Positions 1-12,918 of a stretch of 64,000 nucleotides of DNA are shown piece by piece. The stretch is from Mobula hypostoma (taxonomy: Eukaryota): NCBI RefSeq assembly GCF_963921235.1, contig NC_086097.1:18540001-18604000 (forward strand), written 5' to 3'. The translations under genes were made by a program, and so were the position numbers. How positions within the stretch are numbered: position 1 is the first letter of the stretch; each line of letters begins with the position of its first letter. The notes beneath the pieces are model-generated. The model worked only from the letters and a program-made list of their open reading frames with translations. It was not told where the DNA came from and made no database searches.

Positions 1-190
1 GTCTCCCAGATTCACCTATCACCCGTCACCTTGTACTTTTTCCTCCACTCCCCAACCTTCTTAATCTGACATCTCCCATTCTTTTCCAGTCCCGATGAAG
101 GGTCCCGGCCTGAAACATCAACTGTCTGCTCTTTTCCATAGATGCTGCCTGGCCTGCTGAGTTCCTCCAGCATTTTGTGTGTGTTGCTCT
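1..190 (+). mobile_element. Penelope-like element 3'/pLTR fragment with degenerate hammerhead motif (87-124)
   Basis: Pyrimidine-rich tract, then cagtc-ccgatga-agggtcccggcct-gaaa-catc-aactg, then gatgctgcctggcctgctgagttcctccagcattttgtgtg. The same cassette follows a GIY-YIG C-terminus at 29960-30533. Confidence 0.7.
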
Positions 191-204
191 GAATATTCCA
201 CTCC

Positions 205-650
205 TATGCTAAAATGTAGCTAACTGTGTCTTAAGTGTACTTGATATGATAGCTTCCAATAATTCCTTAGGCAGCAAACTCCATAGTTCCACTACACTCT
301 GGGAAAAGCACTTTCTCCGCATCTGCATTCTAAACCTATTCCCCTTAATCTTAAGACTCTGTTTTCCAGTTCTAGTCTCACCTACAACTGGAAACAACTT
401 TCCTGCCTCTATCTATCCTTTTCATAATTTTATGCAGTATGTTTCTGCAGAATATCCTTTCATTCTTCTGAATTCCGGTGAGTATAGTCCCAGGCGACCT
501 AATCTCTCCTCATAGGCTAACCCCCTCGTCACCGGAATCAACCTGGTGAAGCTCCTGTGCACCACCCCCAAAGCTAGTATGTCTTTACTCAAGTAAGGAG
601 ACCAGAGCTTCATGGAGCACTTCAGATAACTGCGTGCAGTACTCCAGGTG
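205..650 (-). mobile_element. CR1 LINE 3' fragment (RT C-terminus), degenerate
   Basis: Minus-strand ORFs WSPYLSKDILALG..RSFTRLIP..LGLYS and FSQSVVELWSLLP resemble the 3' part of the intact CR1 ORF2 in this window. Confidence 0.85.
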
Positions 651-694
651 GAAACCTCTTTCCCTGTGACTGGCCCTTTAAATCACGTGGCTAC

Positions 695-870
695 AATGAA
701 CAAAATGTTCTGGTACTTGGCAGGTCAGGCAGCATCTATAGAGAGGAACAAACAATCGATACTTCGATCCAAAACCTGTCATCAGACTCAGCCTAAAATA
801 CTGGTCTTGGCCTGAAATGTTGACTATTCATTCCTCTCTACTTGACCTGATGAGTTCCTCCAGCATTTTG
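695..870. mobile_element. Head-to-head (inverted) pair of Penelope-like pLTR fragments
   Basis: caggtcaggcagcatcta... in minus orientation, followed by ggtcttggcctgaaatgttgac...gagttcctccagcattttg in plus orientation. Confidence 0.6.
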
Positions 871-871
871 A

Positions 872-3800
872 GACCATAAAACCATAAGACATAGGAGTAG
901 AATTAGGCCATTTGGCCCATTGAGTCTGTTCTGCCATTCAATCATGGCTGATCCTGTTTCTTCCCTCCTCAGCCCCACTCCCAGCCTTTTCCCTGTAACC
1001 TTTAGCCTTGTCCAATCGAGAACCTATCAGTTTTTGCCTCAAATATACCCAACGATCTGGCCTCCACAACTGCCAGTGAAAATAAATTCCACAATTCACC
1101 ACCTACTGGCAAAAGAAATTTCTCCACATTTCTGTTTTAAATGGACACTCCTCTGTTCTGAGGCTGTGCCCTCTTGTCCTGGACTCCTCTACCATGGGAA
1201 GCATCCTTTCCACATCTACTCTGTCATTCGAAAGGTTTCAATGAGATCCCCCCTCATCCTTCTAAATTTCCGTGAGTACAGACCCAGAATTATCAAACGT
1301 TCCTCGTATGATAACCCTTTCGTTCCCAGAATCATCCTCATCCTTGTGAACCTCCTATGAACCCTCTCCAATGCCAACACATCTTTTCTTAGATGAGGAG
1401 CCCAAAACTGTTCACAATACTCAAGGTGAGGCCTCACAAGTGCTTTATAAAGCCTCAGCATCACATCCCTGCCCTTATATTCTAGACTCCATGAAATGAG
1501 TGCAAACATTGCATTTGCCTTCCTCACCATTGACTCTACCTGCAATTAACCTTTAGGCTGCTCTGCACAAGGACTCCCAAATCCCCTTGCATCTCAGGTT
1601 TTAGGATTTTCTCCCCCTTTAGAAAGTAGTCTGCATATTTATCTCTTCATCCTTTGATTTCATAACCATGTATTTTCCAACATTGTATTTCATTTGCCAC
1701 TTTCTTGCCCAAGCTCTGCCCCAGAAGGCTGTGAAGGCCAAGTCTCTGGATGCTTTCAAGAAAGAGATGGATAGAGCTCTTAAAGATAGCGGAATCAAAG
1801 GTTATGGGGATAAGGCAGGAACTGGATACTGATTGTGGATGATCAGCCATGATCACAGTGAATGGCGGTGCTGGCTCAAAGGGCTGAATGGCCTACTCCT
1901 GCACCTATTGTCTATTGTCTATAAGCTCCTGATCTGTCTAAGTCCTTCTGTATCCTACCTGTTTCCTCAACACTACCTGCCCCTCCACCAATCTTCATAT
2001 CATCTGCAAACTTGGCACCAAAACATCTGTTCTATCATCTAAATCGTTGATATACAGCAGAAAAAGAAGCCATCCCAATGCTGACCACTACAGAACACCA
2101 GTAGTCACGGGCAACCAACCAGAAAAGGATCCTGATGTGTGGCATCTTGTCAAAGGCTTTCTGAAAGTCCAAATATACAACATCCACTGCATCCCCTTTC
2201 TGTATCCTGCTTGTAATCTCCTCAAGGAATTCCAACAGGTTCATCAGGTGAAAATTACCTTTCAGGAAAACATGCTGACTTTGTCTTATCTTGCCCTGTA
2301 TCACCAATAACTCCATAACCTCATCCATAACAATTGACTTCAACATCGCTGAGGTCAGGCTAACTGGTCTATAATATTCTTTCTGCTGCCTTTCTTCTTT
2401 CTTAAAGACTGGAATGACATCTGCAATTTTCAGTCCTCCGGCACCATGCCAAGTTCCTCCACAATCTCTACCGCTACCTCTTTCAGAACCCCAGGGTGCA
2501 GTTCATCTGGTGCAGGCAATTTATGTACCTCAGGTCTTTCAGCTCCTTGAGCACCTTCTCTCTTGTAATAATAACTGCACTCACTTCTCTTCCTTCAGAC
2601 CTTTCATCATCTGGCCCTATGCCAGTATCTTTCACAGTGAAGTCTGATGCAAAATACTCATTTAGTTCATCTGCCATCACTTGTCCCCCATTATTATTCC
2701 TCCGGCCTCATTTTCTAGTAGTCCTATATCCACTCTCATCTCTCTTTTATTTTTTACATACTTGAAAAAGCTTTTAGTATCCACTTTGATGTTGTTTGCT
2801 AGCTTGCTTTCATCTTTCATCTTTTCTTTTCTAATGATTCTTTCAGTTGCTCTCTATAGGTTTTTTAAAGCTTCTCAATCCTCTGTCTTACCACTAATTT
2901 CTGCTTTGTTGTATTCCCTCTCTTTGCCATTACATTAGCTTTAACTTCCCTTGTTAGCAGCGGTTGGACTATTTTGCCATTTCTTTGCTTTTAGAATACA
3001 TCTGTCCTGTACCTTCCTCATTTTTCCCAGAAACTCACATCATTGCTGTTCTTTTGTCATCCCTGCCAGCAGGTCCTTCCAATTGACTTTGGTCAACTCC
3101 TCTCTCATACCACTGTAACTTCTTTTACTCCACTGAAGTACTTCTACATCAGACTTTACTTTCTCCTTATCAAATTTCAAGTTGAACTCAACCATATTGT
3201 GACCACTCTCTCCCAAGGGTTTCTTTACCTTAAGCTTCCTAATTGCCTCTGGGTCATTGCATAACAGCCAATGCAGTATAACTTATCCTTTAGTAGGTTT
3301 AACAACAAATTTCTCTAAAAAGGCACCTTGTAGGCATTCCACAAACTCACTCTCTTGAGATCCATTACCAGCCTGATTTTCCCAATTGAACTGCATGTTG
3401 AAATTTCTCATGACTCAAAACATTGCCATTTTGATACACGTTTTCTATTTCCCATTGTAACCTGTGGTCCAGCTACTGTTGGGTGGCCTGTATATAACTG
3501 CTATCAGGGTCCTTTCACCCTTGCAGTTTCTTAACCCAACCCACAAGGACTCAACATCTTCCAATCCTATGCCACATATCTCTACTGATTTGATGCTACT
3601 CTTTACCAGTGGAGTCACGTCTCCCCCTCTGTCTACCTTCCTGTCCCTCTGATAACCATGTAACCGTGGACATTCAGCTCCTAACTGCAACCATTCTTCA
3701 GCCATGAATCAATGAGGGCCACAACATCATATCTGACAATCTGTGAAAGTGCAACATGATCATCCACCTTATTTCTTTTCTTCTGCGCATTGAGATCTCA

Positions 3801-4125
3801 CACTTCGAGTACTGTATTTGCTGCCATATTTGATTCTGCATCCTTAATGCACTGATACTCATCTTGCTGGCTGCAATTTTGTCCTATCATCTGCCTTCCC
3901 TTCCTGATAGACCGACTGCATGCTACCTTCGCTTTCTTACCATCCGTCCTATCCTGCGTCCCTTCACTCCAGTTCCTATGCCCCTGCCAAATTAGTTTAA
4001 ACCCTCCCCAACAGCTCCAGCAAACCTGCCCATGGGAATATTGGTCCCCCTCAGGTTCACGTGCAACCCGTTACTTTTGAACAAACCATACCTCCCCCAG
4101 AAGAAATCCCAATCATTCAAGAACT
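872..4125 (-). mobile_element. Degenerate CR1 LINE spanning the end of ORF1, the endonuclease, RT and 3' tail
   Basis: Reverse-complement tail accataaaaccataagac at ~872. Fragments LYKALVRPHLEYCEQFW, VDVVYLDFQKAFDK and VIYRPPNS; esterase-like ORF1 end at ~3992-4125. Many stops and frameshifts. Confidence 0.9.
1717..1922 (+). mobile_element. Short 5'-truncated CR1 3' end inserted antisense into the older CR1
   Basis: CR1 3' UTR (gatgatcagccatgatc...gcctactcctgcacct) with a (ctattgt)n tail, flanked by aagctc at 1711-1716 and 1923-1928. Confidence 0.85.
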
Positions 4126-4229
4126 TGTGTTAGTTCCTCTTTACGTACATTTGCAGTATCTCTTGTTTGTATGAAATGCTGTGAAACCCGTTTCCCTGTA
4201 AGTGTTCAAAAACTTCCGTAAGGCCGAAG

Positions 4230-4680
4230 TACAATCAGTGGCCACTTTATTAGGTACACTTGCACACGTACTTGCTAGTGGACATATCAAATCCGCCAAT
4301 CATATGGAAGCAACTCAATGCATCAAAGCATGCAGTTATAGTCAAGAGATTCAGATCAAGTACTGTACCAGGGTAGTGAAGAAACATGATCCTAGTGACT
4401 TTGATAGTAGAATGATTGTTGGTGCCAGATGGGGTGGTCCAAGTATCACAGAAACTGCTACTCTTCAGGAATTTTCACAACACTTTCTAGAGTATACGGG
4501 AAATGGTGTGTGAAACAAAAAAACCTCCAGGGAGAGGTGGTGCTGAGGAGATCTGAGGAGAATGGCCAGACTGGTTCAAGCTGACAGGAAGGTGACAATA
4601 ATTCAAATAACCATGCATTACAACAGCGGTGTGTGGAAGGGCACCTCTGAATGCCCAACATGTGAAACCATGAAGTGAAT
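4230..4680 (+). mobile_element. Tc1-like DNA transposon 5' fragment (left TIR and transposase N-terminal HTH)
   Basis: TIR-like tacaatcagtggccactttattaggtacac; translated DFDSRMIVGARWGGPSITETA...RRMARLVQADRKVT, typical of Tc1 transposase N-termini. Confidence 0.8.
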
Positions 4681-5745
4681 TTACTGAAATTGGTTTCACA
4701 GGTAGAAAGGGTCATTAAGAAATCTTTTGGCACATTGGCCCTCATAAATCAAAGTATAAGAGTACAGGAGATAGGATGTTATGTCGAAGATGTATAAGAC
4801 CTTGGTGGAGCCTAATTTGGAGTAGTGTGTACAGTTTTGGCCACCTACCAACAGGAAAGATGTAAATAAGTTTGAAAAAGAAAATTTACAAGGATGCTTC
4901 TGGGTCTGGGCGACCTGAGTTATAAGGAAAGACTGAATAGGTTAGAACTTTATTCCTTGGAACATAGAAGATTGAGAGGAAATCTGATAGAGTTACAGGT
5001 GTCCCTCGCTTTTCGAACGTTCGCTTTACGAAACCTCACTGTTACGAAAGACCTACATTAGTTACCTGTTTTCGCTAACAGAAGGTGTTTCCACTGTTAC
5101 GAGAAAAAGCAGCACGTGGAAAAAAAAGGCAGCATGCGCCCCGAGCAGCCACTCTCCCCCGGATTCAGAACGGCATTCTGGCCGATATTGCTTAAACACG
5201 TACCTGTGAGCAGCCATTTGCAAGATGAGTTCTAAGGTATCAGAAAAGCCTGAAAGAGCTCGTAAGGGTGTTACACTTAGCATAAAACTAGACATAATTA
5301 AGTGTTTCGATCGTGGTGAACAAAGGAAGGACAAAGTGAGTTTGGCTTGTGGAAGTTGACGAAGATGATGTTGAAGAGGTTTTGGCATCCCATGACCAAG
5401 AACTGATTGATGAAGAGCTGAAACCGAATGCAGTAGCGAAAGGACCGAAAGTGACTGCGTGAGATTTTCGCTGCAATGATAAAGTACACCTTTGATTTTG
5501 AAAGGGTACGTCGGTTTAGGGCATATTTGCAGGATGGTTTGAGTGCTTACAAAGAACTGTATGATCTAAAAATGCACGAGGCTAAGCAGTCAAGCAAACC
5601 TTCCACATCAGCCACAGCAGACGACGAACCTCGACCTTCGACATCAAGGCAGGCAGACATAGAAGAAGATGAGCTGCCTACCCTCATGGAAACAGATGAC
5701 GAGATGACACCCCAGTGTCCCACCACCCCAAACCCCGGGCCGCGG

Positions 5746-6035
5746 ACAGATACCGATCCGCGAAGAATGCAGCGGTAGCCGGGAGGCACCCAGCACATCT
5801 TTAAGAAAAGAAGCCGAAATAAACAAGCTAATTAATTAGGTACCGCCCGGCACGTAAATGTCGGCCCAGATCAGAGACAATTGCCGAATGCGTCGCCTCT
5901 GATATGGGTCGACATTTACGTGCCGGGCGGCACCTAATTAATTAGCTTGTTTGTTTCAGCTTTGTTTCTTAAAGATGTGTTGGGTGTGTCCCGGGCACCG
6001 CTGGACCCCTGCATGCTTCGCAGATCGGTATCTGT
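5746..6035. repeat. Long imperfect inverted repeat (~130-bp arms) inside the Tigger element
   Basis: Left arm acagataccgatc...aaacaagctaattaattaggtaccgcccggcacgtaaatgtcggcccagatcagag pairs with right arm ctctgatatgggtcgacatttacgtgccgggcggcacctaattaattagcttgttt...gatcggtatctgt. Confidence 0.95.
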
Positions 6036-6174
6036 TTGCTGCCAGGAGGGTGGGGGCCACTGCACGACTCCGACCTCCGATGACTCAGCCTAACACACCA
6101 TCATCAGTGTGCTCGGCGCTGTCTTCCCGATTCCGGTAGGTTATACTACACTGTACATACAATATTTCTACTTT

Positions 6175-7335
6175 CACACAGGAGATTAGTGTGCAAACTT
6201 AAGCACACGGTATTGGGGGTAAGGTATTGATGTGGATGGAGAATTTGTTAGCAGACAGGAAGCAAAGAGTGGGAATAAATGGGACCTTTTCAGAATGGCA
6301 GGCGATGACTAGTGGGGTACCGCAAGGCTCAGTGCTGGGACCCCAGTTGTTTACTATATATATTAATGACTTGGATGAGGGAATTAAATGCAGCATCTCC
6401 AAGTTTGCGGATGACACGAAGCTGGGTGGCAGTGTTAGCTGTGAGGAGGATGCTAAGAGGATGCAGAGTGACTTGGATAGGTTGGGTGAGTGGGCAAATT
6501 CATGGCAGATGCAATTTAATGTGGATAAATGTGAAGTTATCCACTTTGGTGGCAAAAATAGGAAAACAGATTATTATCTGAATGGTGGCCGATTAGGAAA
6601 AGGGGAGGTGCAACGAGACCTGGGTGTCATTATACACCAGTCATTGAAAGTGGGCATGCAGGTACAGCAGGCGGTGAAAAAGGCGAATGGTATGCTGGCA
6701 TTTATAGCGAGAGGATTCGAGTACAGGAGCAGGGAGGTACTACTGCAGTTGTACAAGGCCTTGGTGAGACCACACCTGGAGTATTGTGTGCAGTTTTGGT
6801 CCCCTAATCCGAGGAAAGACATCCTTGCCATAGAGGGAGTACAAAGAAGGTTCACCAGATTGATTCCTGGGATGGCAGGACTTTCATATGAAGAAAGACT
6901 GGATGAACTGGCTTGTACTCGTTGGAATTTAGAAGATTGAGGGGGGATCTGATTGAAACGTATAAGATCCTAAAGGGATTGGACAGGCTAGATGCAGGAA
7001 GATTGTTCCCGATGTTGGGGAAGTCCAGAACAAGGGGTCACAGTTTGAGGATAAAGGGGAAGCCTTTTAGGACCGAGATTAGGAAAAACTTCTTCACACA
7101 GAGAGTGGTGAATCTGTGGAATTCTCTGCCACAGCAAACTGTTGAGGCCAGTTCATTGGCTATATTTAAGAGGGAGTTAGATATGGCCCTTGTGGCTACG
7201 GGGATCAGGGGGTATGGAGGGAAGGCTGGGGCGGGGTTCTGAGTTGGATGATCAGCCATGATCATAATAAATGGCGGTGCAGGCTCGAAGGGCCGAATAG
7301 CCTACTCCTGCACCTATTTTCTATGTTTCTATGTT
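6175..7335 (+). mobile_element. Young 5'-truncated CR1 (RT C-terminal half) nested in the Tigger element
   Basis: ORFs 6227-6940 and 6913-7242 (GVPQGSVLGP, FADD) are almost identical to 49862-51025. One-base deletion near 6910; (ctatgttt)n tail. Confidence 0.95.
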
Positions 7336-9406
7336 TATATCGGCTGTGTATTTTTACGTGTTATTTGGTATGATTTAGCAGCTTCATAGCTTAAAGGTTA
7401 CTGGAGAGCGCTTGCGCCGTGTTTTTGCCGAGAGTGCTTGTGTGAGATTTTCGCTACGGAGAACAGTGCAGGCAATTATTGTGGAAAAGTATTTCTACTT
7501 TATATAGGCTGTGTATTCATCATATAATTCCTGCTTTTACTACATGTTACTGTTATTTTAGATTTTATGTGTTATTTGGCATGATTTGGTAGGTTATTTT
7601 TGGGTCTGCAAATGCTCACAAATTTTTCTCATATAAATAAATGGTAATTGCTTCTTCGCTTTACAACATTTCAGCTTACGAATTGTTTCATAGGAACGCT
7701 CTACCTTCGGATGGCGAGGGAAACCTGTATACAAAATTATAAGTGGTACAGATAGGGTAAATGCAAGCAGGCATTGTCCACTGAGGCTGGGTGGGACTAC
7801 AATCAGAAATCATGGGTGAAGTGTGAAAGGTGAAAATTTTAAGGGGAACATGAGGGCAAACTTCTTTACTCAGAGGGTCATGAGAATGTAGAACGAGCTG
7901 CCAGCACAGGTGGTGCATGCAAGTTTGATTTCAATGTTTAAAAGAAGTTTGAATAAGTAGACGGATGTTAGGGGTATGGAGGGCTATGGTACCGGTGCAG
8001 GTCGACGAGAGTAGGCAGTTTAAGTGGTTCGGCATGGACTAGATGGGCTGAAGGGCCTTTTTCCATGCTGTACTTTTCTATGAATAGGTGACAGCAGCAG
8101 AAGACCACAAGCATACACTCACCTGGCAACATTTAGAACTAGCCACACATCATGAAAGACACAGCTCTGTGTACGTCCCATTTATTCAGCCTTTGGCATG
8201 GGATGCATCTGAACAGGAAGCACTGGCCTGCATCTTCTGTACTGAAGGATTCATGAGTCTTACTCACCTCCCTCCACAAAACATCATCTTCCAGTCATAA
8301 AGTGCTTAAAAGCACAGCACAAGGTGATAAGCCTTCAGGCATTTTTTTTGAAAGGCTTGGAAGACTACGACATCACAAAAATTTAGTGTTTAGCTGCCAG
8401 AGCTTCAGCAATTGGATAGATGCCAGTTAAAGCAGATTATTTTTAAAGCTTTGATGTTTTTCTGAGACTGAAGGAGATTGTGCAAGAATAGATGAAGTTG
8501 TGAAATTGTGAAGTGATTTCTGACTGGGTTCAGTCAGACGGGCACTGTTTCAGTGCCTTCGTTCAATTATGTACAAGATGATAAGAGGCATTGATCAAAT
8601 GGACAGTCACAGAGTTTTTCCCAGGGGGAATTGGCTAAAGTAAGGTGGCATAATTTGAGGGTGTTTGGAGGAAAGTATGAAGGGCTCATGTCCATAAGAC
8701 CATAGGACATAGGAGTAGAATTGGGCTATTTGGCCCATTGAGTCTGCTCCACTATTCAACCATGGCTGATCCAGTCTTCCCCTCCTCAGTCCCACTCCCC
8801 AGCCTTCTCCCTGTAACCTTTGATGCCGTGTGCAATCAAAATCCTATCAATCTCTGCCTTAAATACACCTAATGACCTGGCTTCTACAGCTGCCTGTGGT
8901 AATAAATTTCACACATTTACCACCCTTTCACTAATGAAATTTCTCCACATCTCTGTTTTAAATGGACGCCCTCTATCCTGAAGATGTTCCCTCTTGTCCT
9001 AGATTTCCCCGCCATGGGAACCATCCTTTCCACATCCACTCTGTCTAGGCCTTTCAACATTCGAAAGGTTTCAATGATATCCCCCATCATCCTTCTAAAT
9101 TCTAGCGAGTACAGACCCAGAGCTATCAAATGTTCCTCATATGATAATCCTTTCATTTTGGGAGTCATTCTTGTGAACCTCCTCTGAAAACTCTCCAATG
9201 TCAGCACGTCTTTTCTTAGATAAGAATCTCAGAACTGTTCACAATACTCAAGGTGAGGCCTCACCAGTGCCTTATAAAGCCTCAGCATCACATCCCTGCT
9301 CTAATATTCCAGACCTCTTGAACTGAATGCTGACTTTGCAGAAGAACTCCCAAGTCCCTTTACATCTCAGATTTTTGGATTTTTTTGCCCATTTAGAAAA
9401 TAGTCT

Positions 9407-9662
9407 TGTAGTCGCACTCATACGCAACGAGTGAAAGCAGCACACTGAGTCGAGCAGGGTCTGGTTGAACTGTTTACTGTTTAAATCCGCACGCACTTAA
9501 GTGCCCGCTCCCAGCATCCCCCGCTCTTTGCGGGGCGGATGTGACATCGGCTTTCGGGCCGAAATCTGCCCCGCACTCAGAGCCTTCTCGGTTGCCGCTG
9601 GCTGCGGACTCCCCCGGCGACTGCTGGAGACGGTTCGCTTGCCGCGTGGGCGAGCCGCCACA
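9407..9662 (-). repeat. 3' LTR of the Gypsy element
   Basis: Direct repeat of 13440-13677. The adjacent C run at ~9666-9677 is the polypurine tract on the minus strand. Confidence 0.95.
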
Positions 9663-9679
9663 TGACCCCCCCCCCCCAC

Positions 9680-11000
9680 CCAGAACCAGTGCTAGGAGGT
9701 GCAGACTCCACAACCTGCACACTGTCAGTTCTTTTACGTGGCCGGCCTCGTCGTCCTGGGGGTGGCACCGCAACCGGGCGTTCAAGGTCTAGATGCGCCG
9801 GTTTGAAACGGTCAATGGTAAAAGTCTCTTCATGGCCGCCGATGTGGAGAACGCAGGTCGTCCCATTATGGCGCACCACCTTATAGGGTCCTTTGTATGG
9901 TCGCCGCAGGGATGGTCTGTGCGCCCCTCGGCGAACGAAATCATATTTGCTCTGTTGCGGGTCCCAGGGCACGAAAGAGGGTGCTGTTCTGTGATGGGAT
10001 GTCGAGACTGGGGCAAGTGTTCCAAGCCGCTCCCGGAGTTTAGTTAGGACCGCCGTAGGTGTGTCCTCCTGGCCACGGGGTGCTGGCACAAACTCACCGG
10101 GAACTGTGAGCGGGGCACTGTAAACAAGTTCAGCCGATGATGTGGCCAGGTCCTCCTTGGGTGCCGTGCGGATGCCAAGCAGCACCCAGGGGAGTTCGTC
10201 AACCCAGTCTGGCCCTCGGAGGCATGCCATCAGGGCTGACTTCAAGTGCCTGTGGAAACGTTCCGCCAGGCCGTTGGGGACTGCAGGTGGTAAGCAGTCG
10301 TTCGGTGGAGCTGGGTTCTGAGGAGTTGTGCCAGTGCAGACCACAAAGCCGATGTGAACTGCACACCCCTATCTGAAGTGACGTGGGCTGGGAGTCTGAA
10401 CCGTGCCACCCAGGTGGTAATCAGGGCTCTGGCACATGTCTCCGTGGACGTGTCAGCGAGTGGGATAGCTTCCAGCCACCTCGTGAACCTGTCCACCATG
10501 GTGAACAGGTATCTCGCTCCTCTCAAAACCGGCAGTGGGCTGACGATGTCCACATGGACATGTTCAAACCTCCTATGTGTCAGCTGGAAGGGTTGCAGTG
10601 CGTGCATGTCCTGGCCCAGTGCCCGACCTGCTTGTGTAGGTCGTGCCACACAAACCTGTCTGCGATCAGCCGGATGGTCACCCGGATGGAAGGGTGGGCT
10701 AAACCGTGCAAGGCGTCGAAAACCCGGCGCCCCCAAGCAGTCGGGACAATGGGCTGAGGTTGCCCGGTGGACACATCGCAAAGGTGCTCAATACTTTTGG
10801 ACCCAATGGGTATGTCTTCGAGGTGGAGTCCTGAGACTGCGGTTCAGTACGCCAGCATCTCGCTGTCCAGTCGTTGCGCCTCAGCTAACGCCGCATAATT
10901 CTCCCCTGGAGACAGAGAGTGCACTGATTAGACAGAGGTGTGTGACAGCGTGTCGACTACCACATTGCCCTTCCCGGAGATGTGCTTGATCCTGGTGGTA
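9680..11000 (-). pseudogene. Gypsy integrase, frameshifted
   Basis: HGLAHP..W.RTCTHC zinc-binding motif; HVHVDIVSPLP..YLFTMVDRFTRW, VTSDRGVQFTS, NGLAERFHRHLK; GPY/F-type LRRPYKGPYKVV. Confidence 0.9.
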
Positions 11001-12376
11001 AGCTCTGAGATGTACGACAGGTGGCGTTGCTGGCGGCCTGACCATGGGTCCGGCACTTTGGCAAACACAAAAGTGAGGGGCTTGTGGTCTGTGAAGACCG
11101 TGAACTCTCTCCCTTCCAGGAACTACCTGAAGTGCCGGATGGCAAGGTACAGGGCCAGCAGCTCCCTGTCGAAAGGGCAGGACTTAAGTTCCAGGGGTCG
11201 TAGGTGCTGGCTGAAAAAGGCGAGCGGCTTCCACTGACCTTTGATGAGCTGCTCGAGCACACCGCCAACTGCCGCGTCGGAAGCATCCACAGTGAGGGCA
11301 GTGAGGACATCGACTCGAGGGTGGACCAGGAGCGTGGCGTTTTCTAGCGCGTTCTTGGCTTGTTCAAAAGCCACTGTCACCTCCTCTGTCCAGGTGACCT
11401 CTTTGACCCTGCCAGACATCAAGCTGAAAAGGGGCCGCATGATCTGGGCCGCTGAGGGCAGGAAACGGTGATAAAAGTTAACCATCCCAACAAATTCCTG
11501 CAGGCCTTTAAGTGTGCTGGGTCTGGCAAATTGGCGGATGGCGTCAACTTTTGCCGGCAGGGGCAGAGCTCCATGGCGGCCGATCCGGTGTCCCAAGAAG
11601 TCGATGGCGGGTAGGCTGAACTGGCACTTGACAGGGTTGATAGCCAGGCCGTAGTTGCTTAGGCGGTGGAAGAGCAGGCGTAAATGTGCTAGATGTTCCT
11701 GGTGGGAGCGGCTGGCGATAAGTATGTCATCCAGGCAGATGAACAGAAAGCCCAGATCTCGCCCTACTGCGTCCATCAGGCACTGGAACATCTGTGCTGC
11801 GTTTTTGAACCCAAACGGCATCCTGACGAACTCGAACAGGCCAAAGGGGGTAATGAGGGCCGTCTTGGGTACATCCGGGTGGACTGGGATCTGATGATAC
11901 CCTTGTACCAGGTCAATCTTCGAAAAGATGCGCGTCCCGTGCAGGTTGGCCGTAAAGTCCTGGATGTGCGGTACTAGATAGCGATCAGACATGGTGGCGT
12001 CGTTCAGCCTCCTATAGTCGCCGCACGGTCTCCACCCTCCCTCGGACTTGGGCACCATACGGAGTGGGGAGGCCCACGGGCTGTTGGAACGCCGCACAAT
12101 CCCCATCTCCTCCATCTTCTTGAATTCCTCTTTTGCGAGGCGGAGCTTGTCGGGCGGATGCCTGCGGGCCTGGGCATGAAGGGGAGGTCCCGGTGTGGGG
12201 ATGTGGTGCATCACGCCATGCTTGGGGTCTGTTGAGGAAAACTGCGGCGTGATGATAGATGGGAACTCCGATAACACTCTGGCGAACTCATCGGAATAAA
12301 TGACGGAATCCAGGTGTGGAGCCGGTAACCTGGCCTCACCGAGGGAGAAAGTCTGGAACGTCTTCGCATCGACCAA
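11000..12376 (-). pseudogene. Gypsy reverse transcriptase-RNase H
   Basis: WASPLRMVPK..WRPCGDYRRLN, FSKIDLVQGYHQIP, MPFG, CLDD (degenerate YLDD), TVDASDAAVGGVL, DRELLALY. In-frame stop at 11123. Confidence 0.92.
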
Positions 12377-12700
12377 TCAACGTCCCTTCAAATCCACAAG
12401 CAGGCAGTGCACGCGGAGGAAGTCCAAACTTAGCAATGGCTGTGATACTGTGGCCAGCGTAAATGTCCGTGTAAAGTGGCTGGAACCGAACTGCAAGGGG
12501 GTGGTTCTTGTGCTGTAGGTGCAGATGGTGCTGCTGTTGGCTGCCGTAAGTTCTGGTCCTGTTCTTCTAGTTCGGGTATCATGGCTAGAGGGGGGTAGGA
12601 CACTGATTTCCGCCCCCGTGTCCACCAGGAATCTTTGCCTGGAGAGCTTGTCCCAAACATAGAGGAGGCTATCACGGTGACCAGCCGCCGTAGCCATCAG
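12377..12700 (-). pseudogene. Gypsy aspartic protease
   Basis: FLVDTGAEISVLP active-site motif; in-frame stop before RT. Confidence 0.88.
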
Positions 12701-12918
12701 CGACGGCTGGTCCTGGCGTTTCCCTGGAACGAGCATGGCGGTCGGCAGTGGCGGGCCCCGGAACCCCACTTTTGATGGTAAAAACACCAAGACTCAGAAG
12801 TGGTGCCGTCCCTTGGTGTGAGTGTTACATGCTCTGCTGCTGGGGTGTGGGAGGGCTGGGCTTTTGACCGTGCTGCAGCACTAATTTCGATGGCGGTTCC
12901 GCCATTTTGTTTGGCGCG

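Larger units (their letters stand above)
4996..7727 (+). mobile_element. Internally deleted Tigger/pogo-like DNA transposon
   Basis: TA at 4994-4995 and 7728-7729; imperfect TIRs caggtgtccctcgc and gcgagggaaacctg. ATG at 5225 gives MSSKVSEKPERARKGVTLSIKLDIIKCFDRGE (CENP-B/Tigger N-terminal HTH), joined to acidic C-terminal VDEDDVEEVLASHDQELIDEEL. No DDE domain. Confidence 0.85.
4697..8082 (+). mobile_element. CR1 3' fragment split by a Tigger insertion (CR1 parts ~4697-4995 and 7728-8082)
   Basis: RT C-terminal sequence ...gagaggaaatctgatagagtTA resumes as TAtacaaaattataagtggtacagataggg after the insertion and ends in a CR1-type 3' tail. Confidence 0.85.

Noticed and set aside
8117..8270. 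Two minus-strand GTGAGT donor-like sites and an acceptor suggesting host exons
   Set aside because: The candidate ~86-nt exon has stops in all three frames and the implied intron is only about 58 nt.
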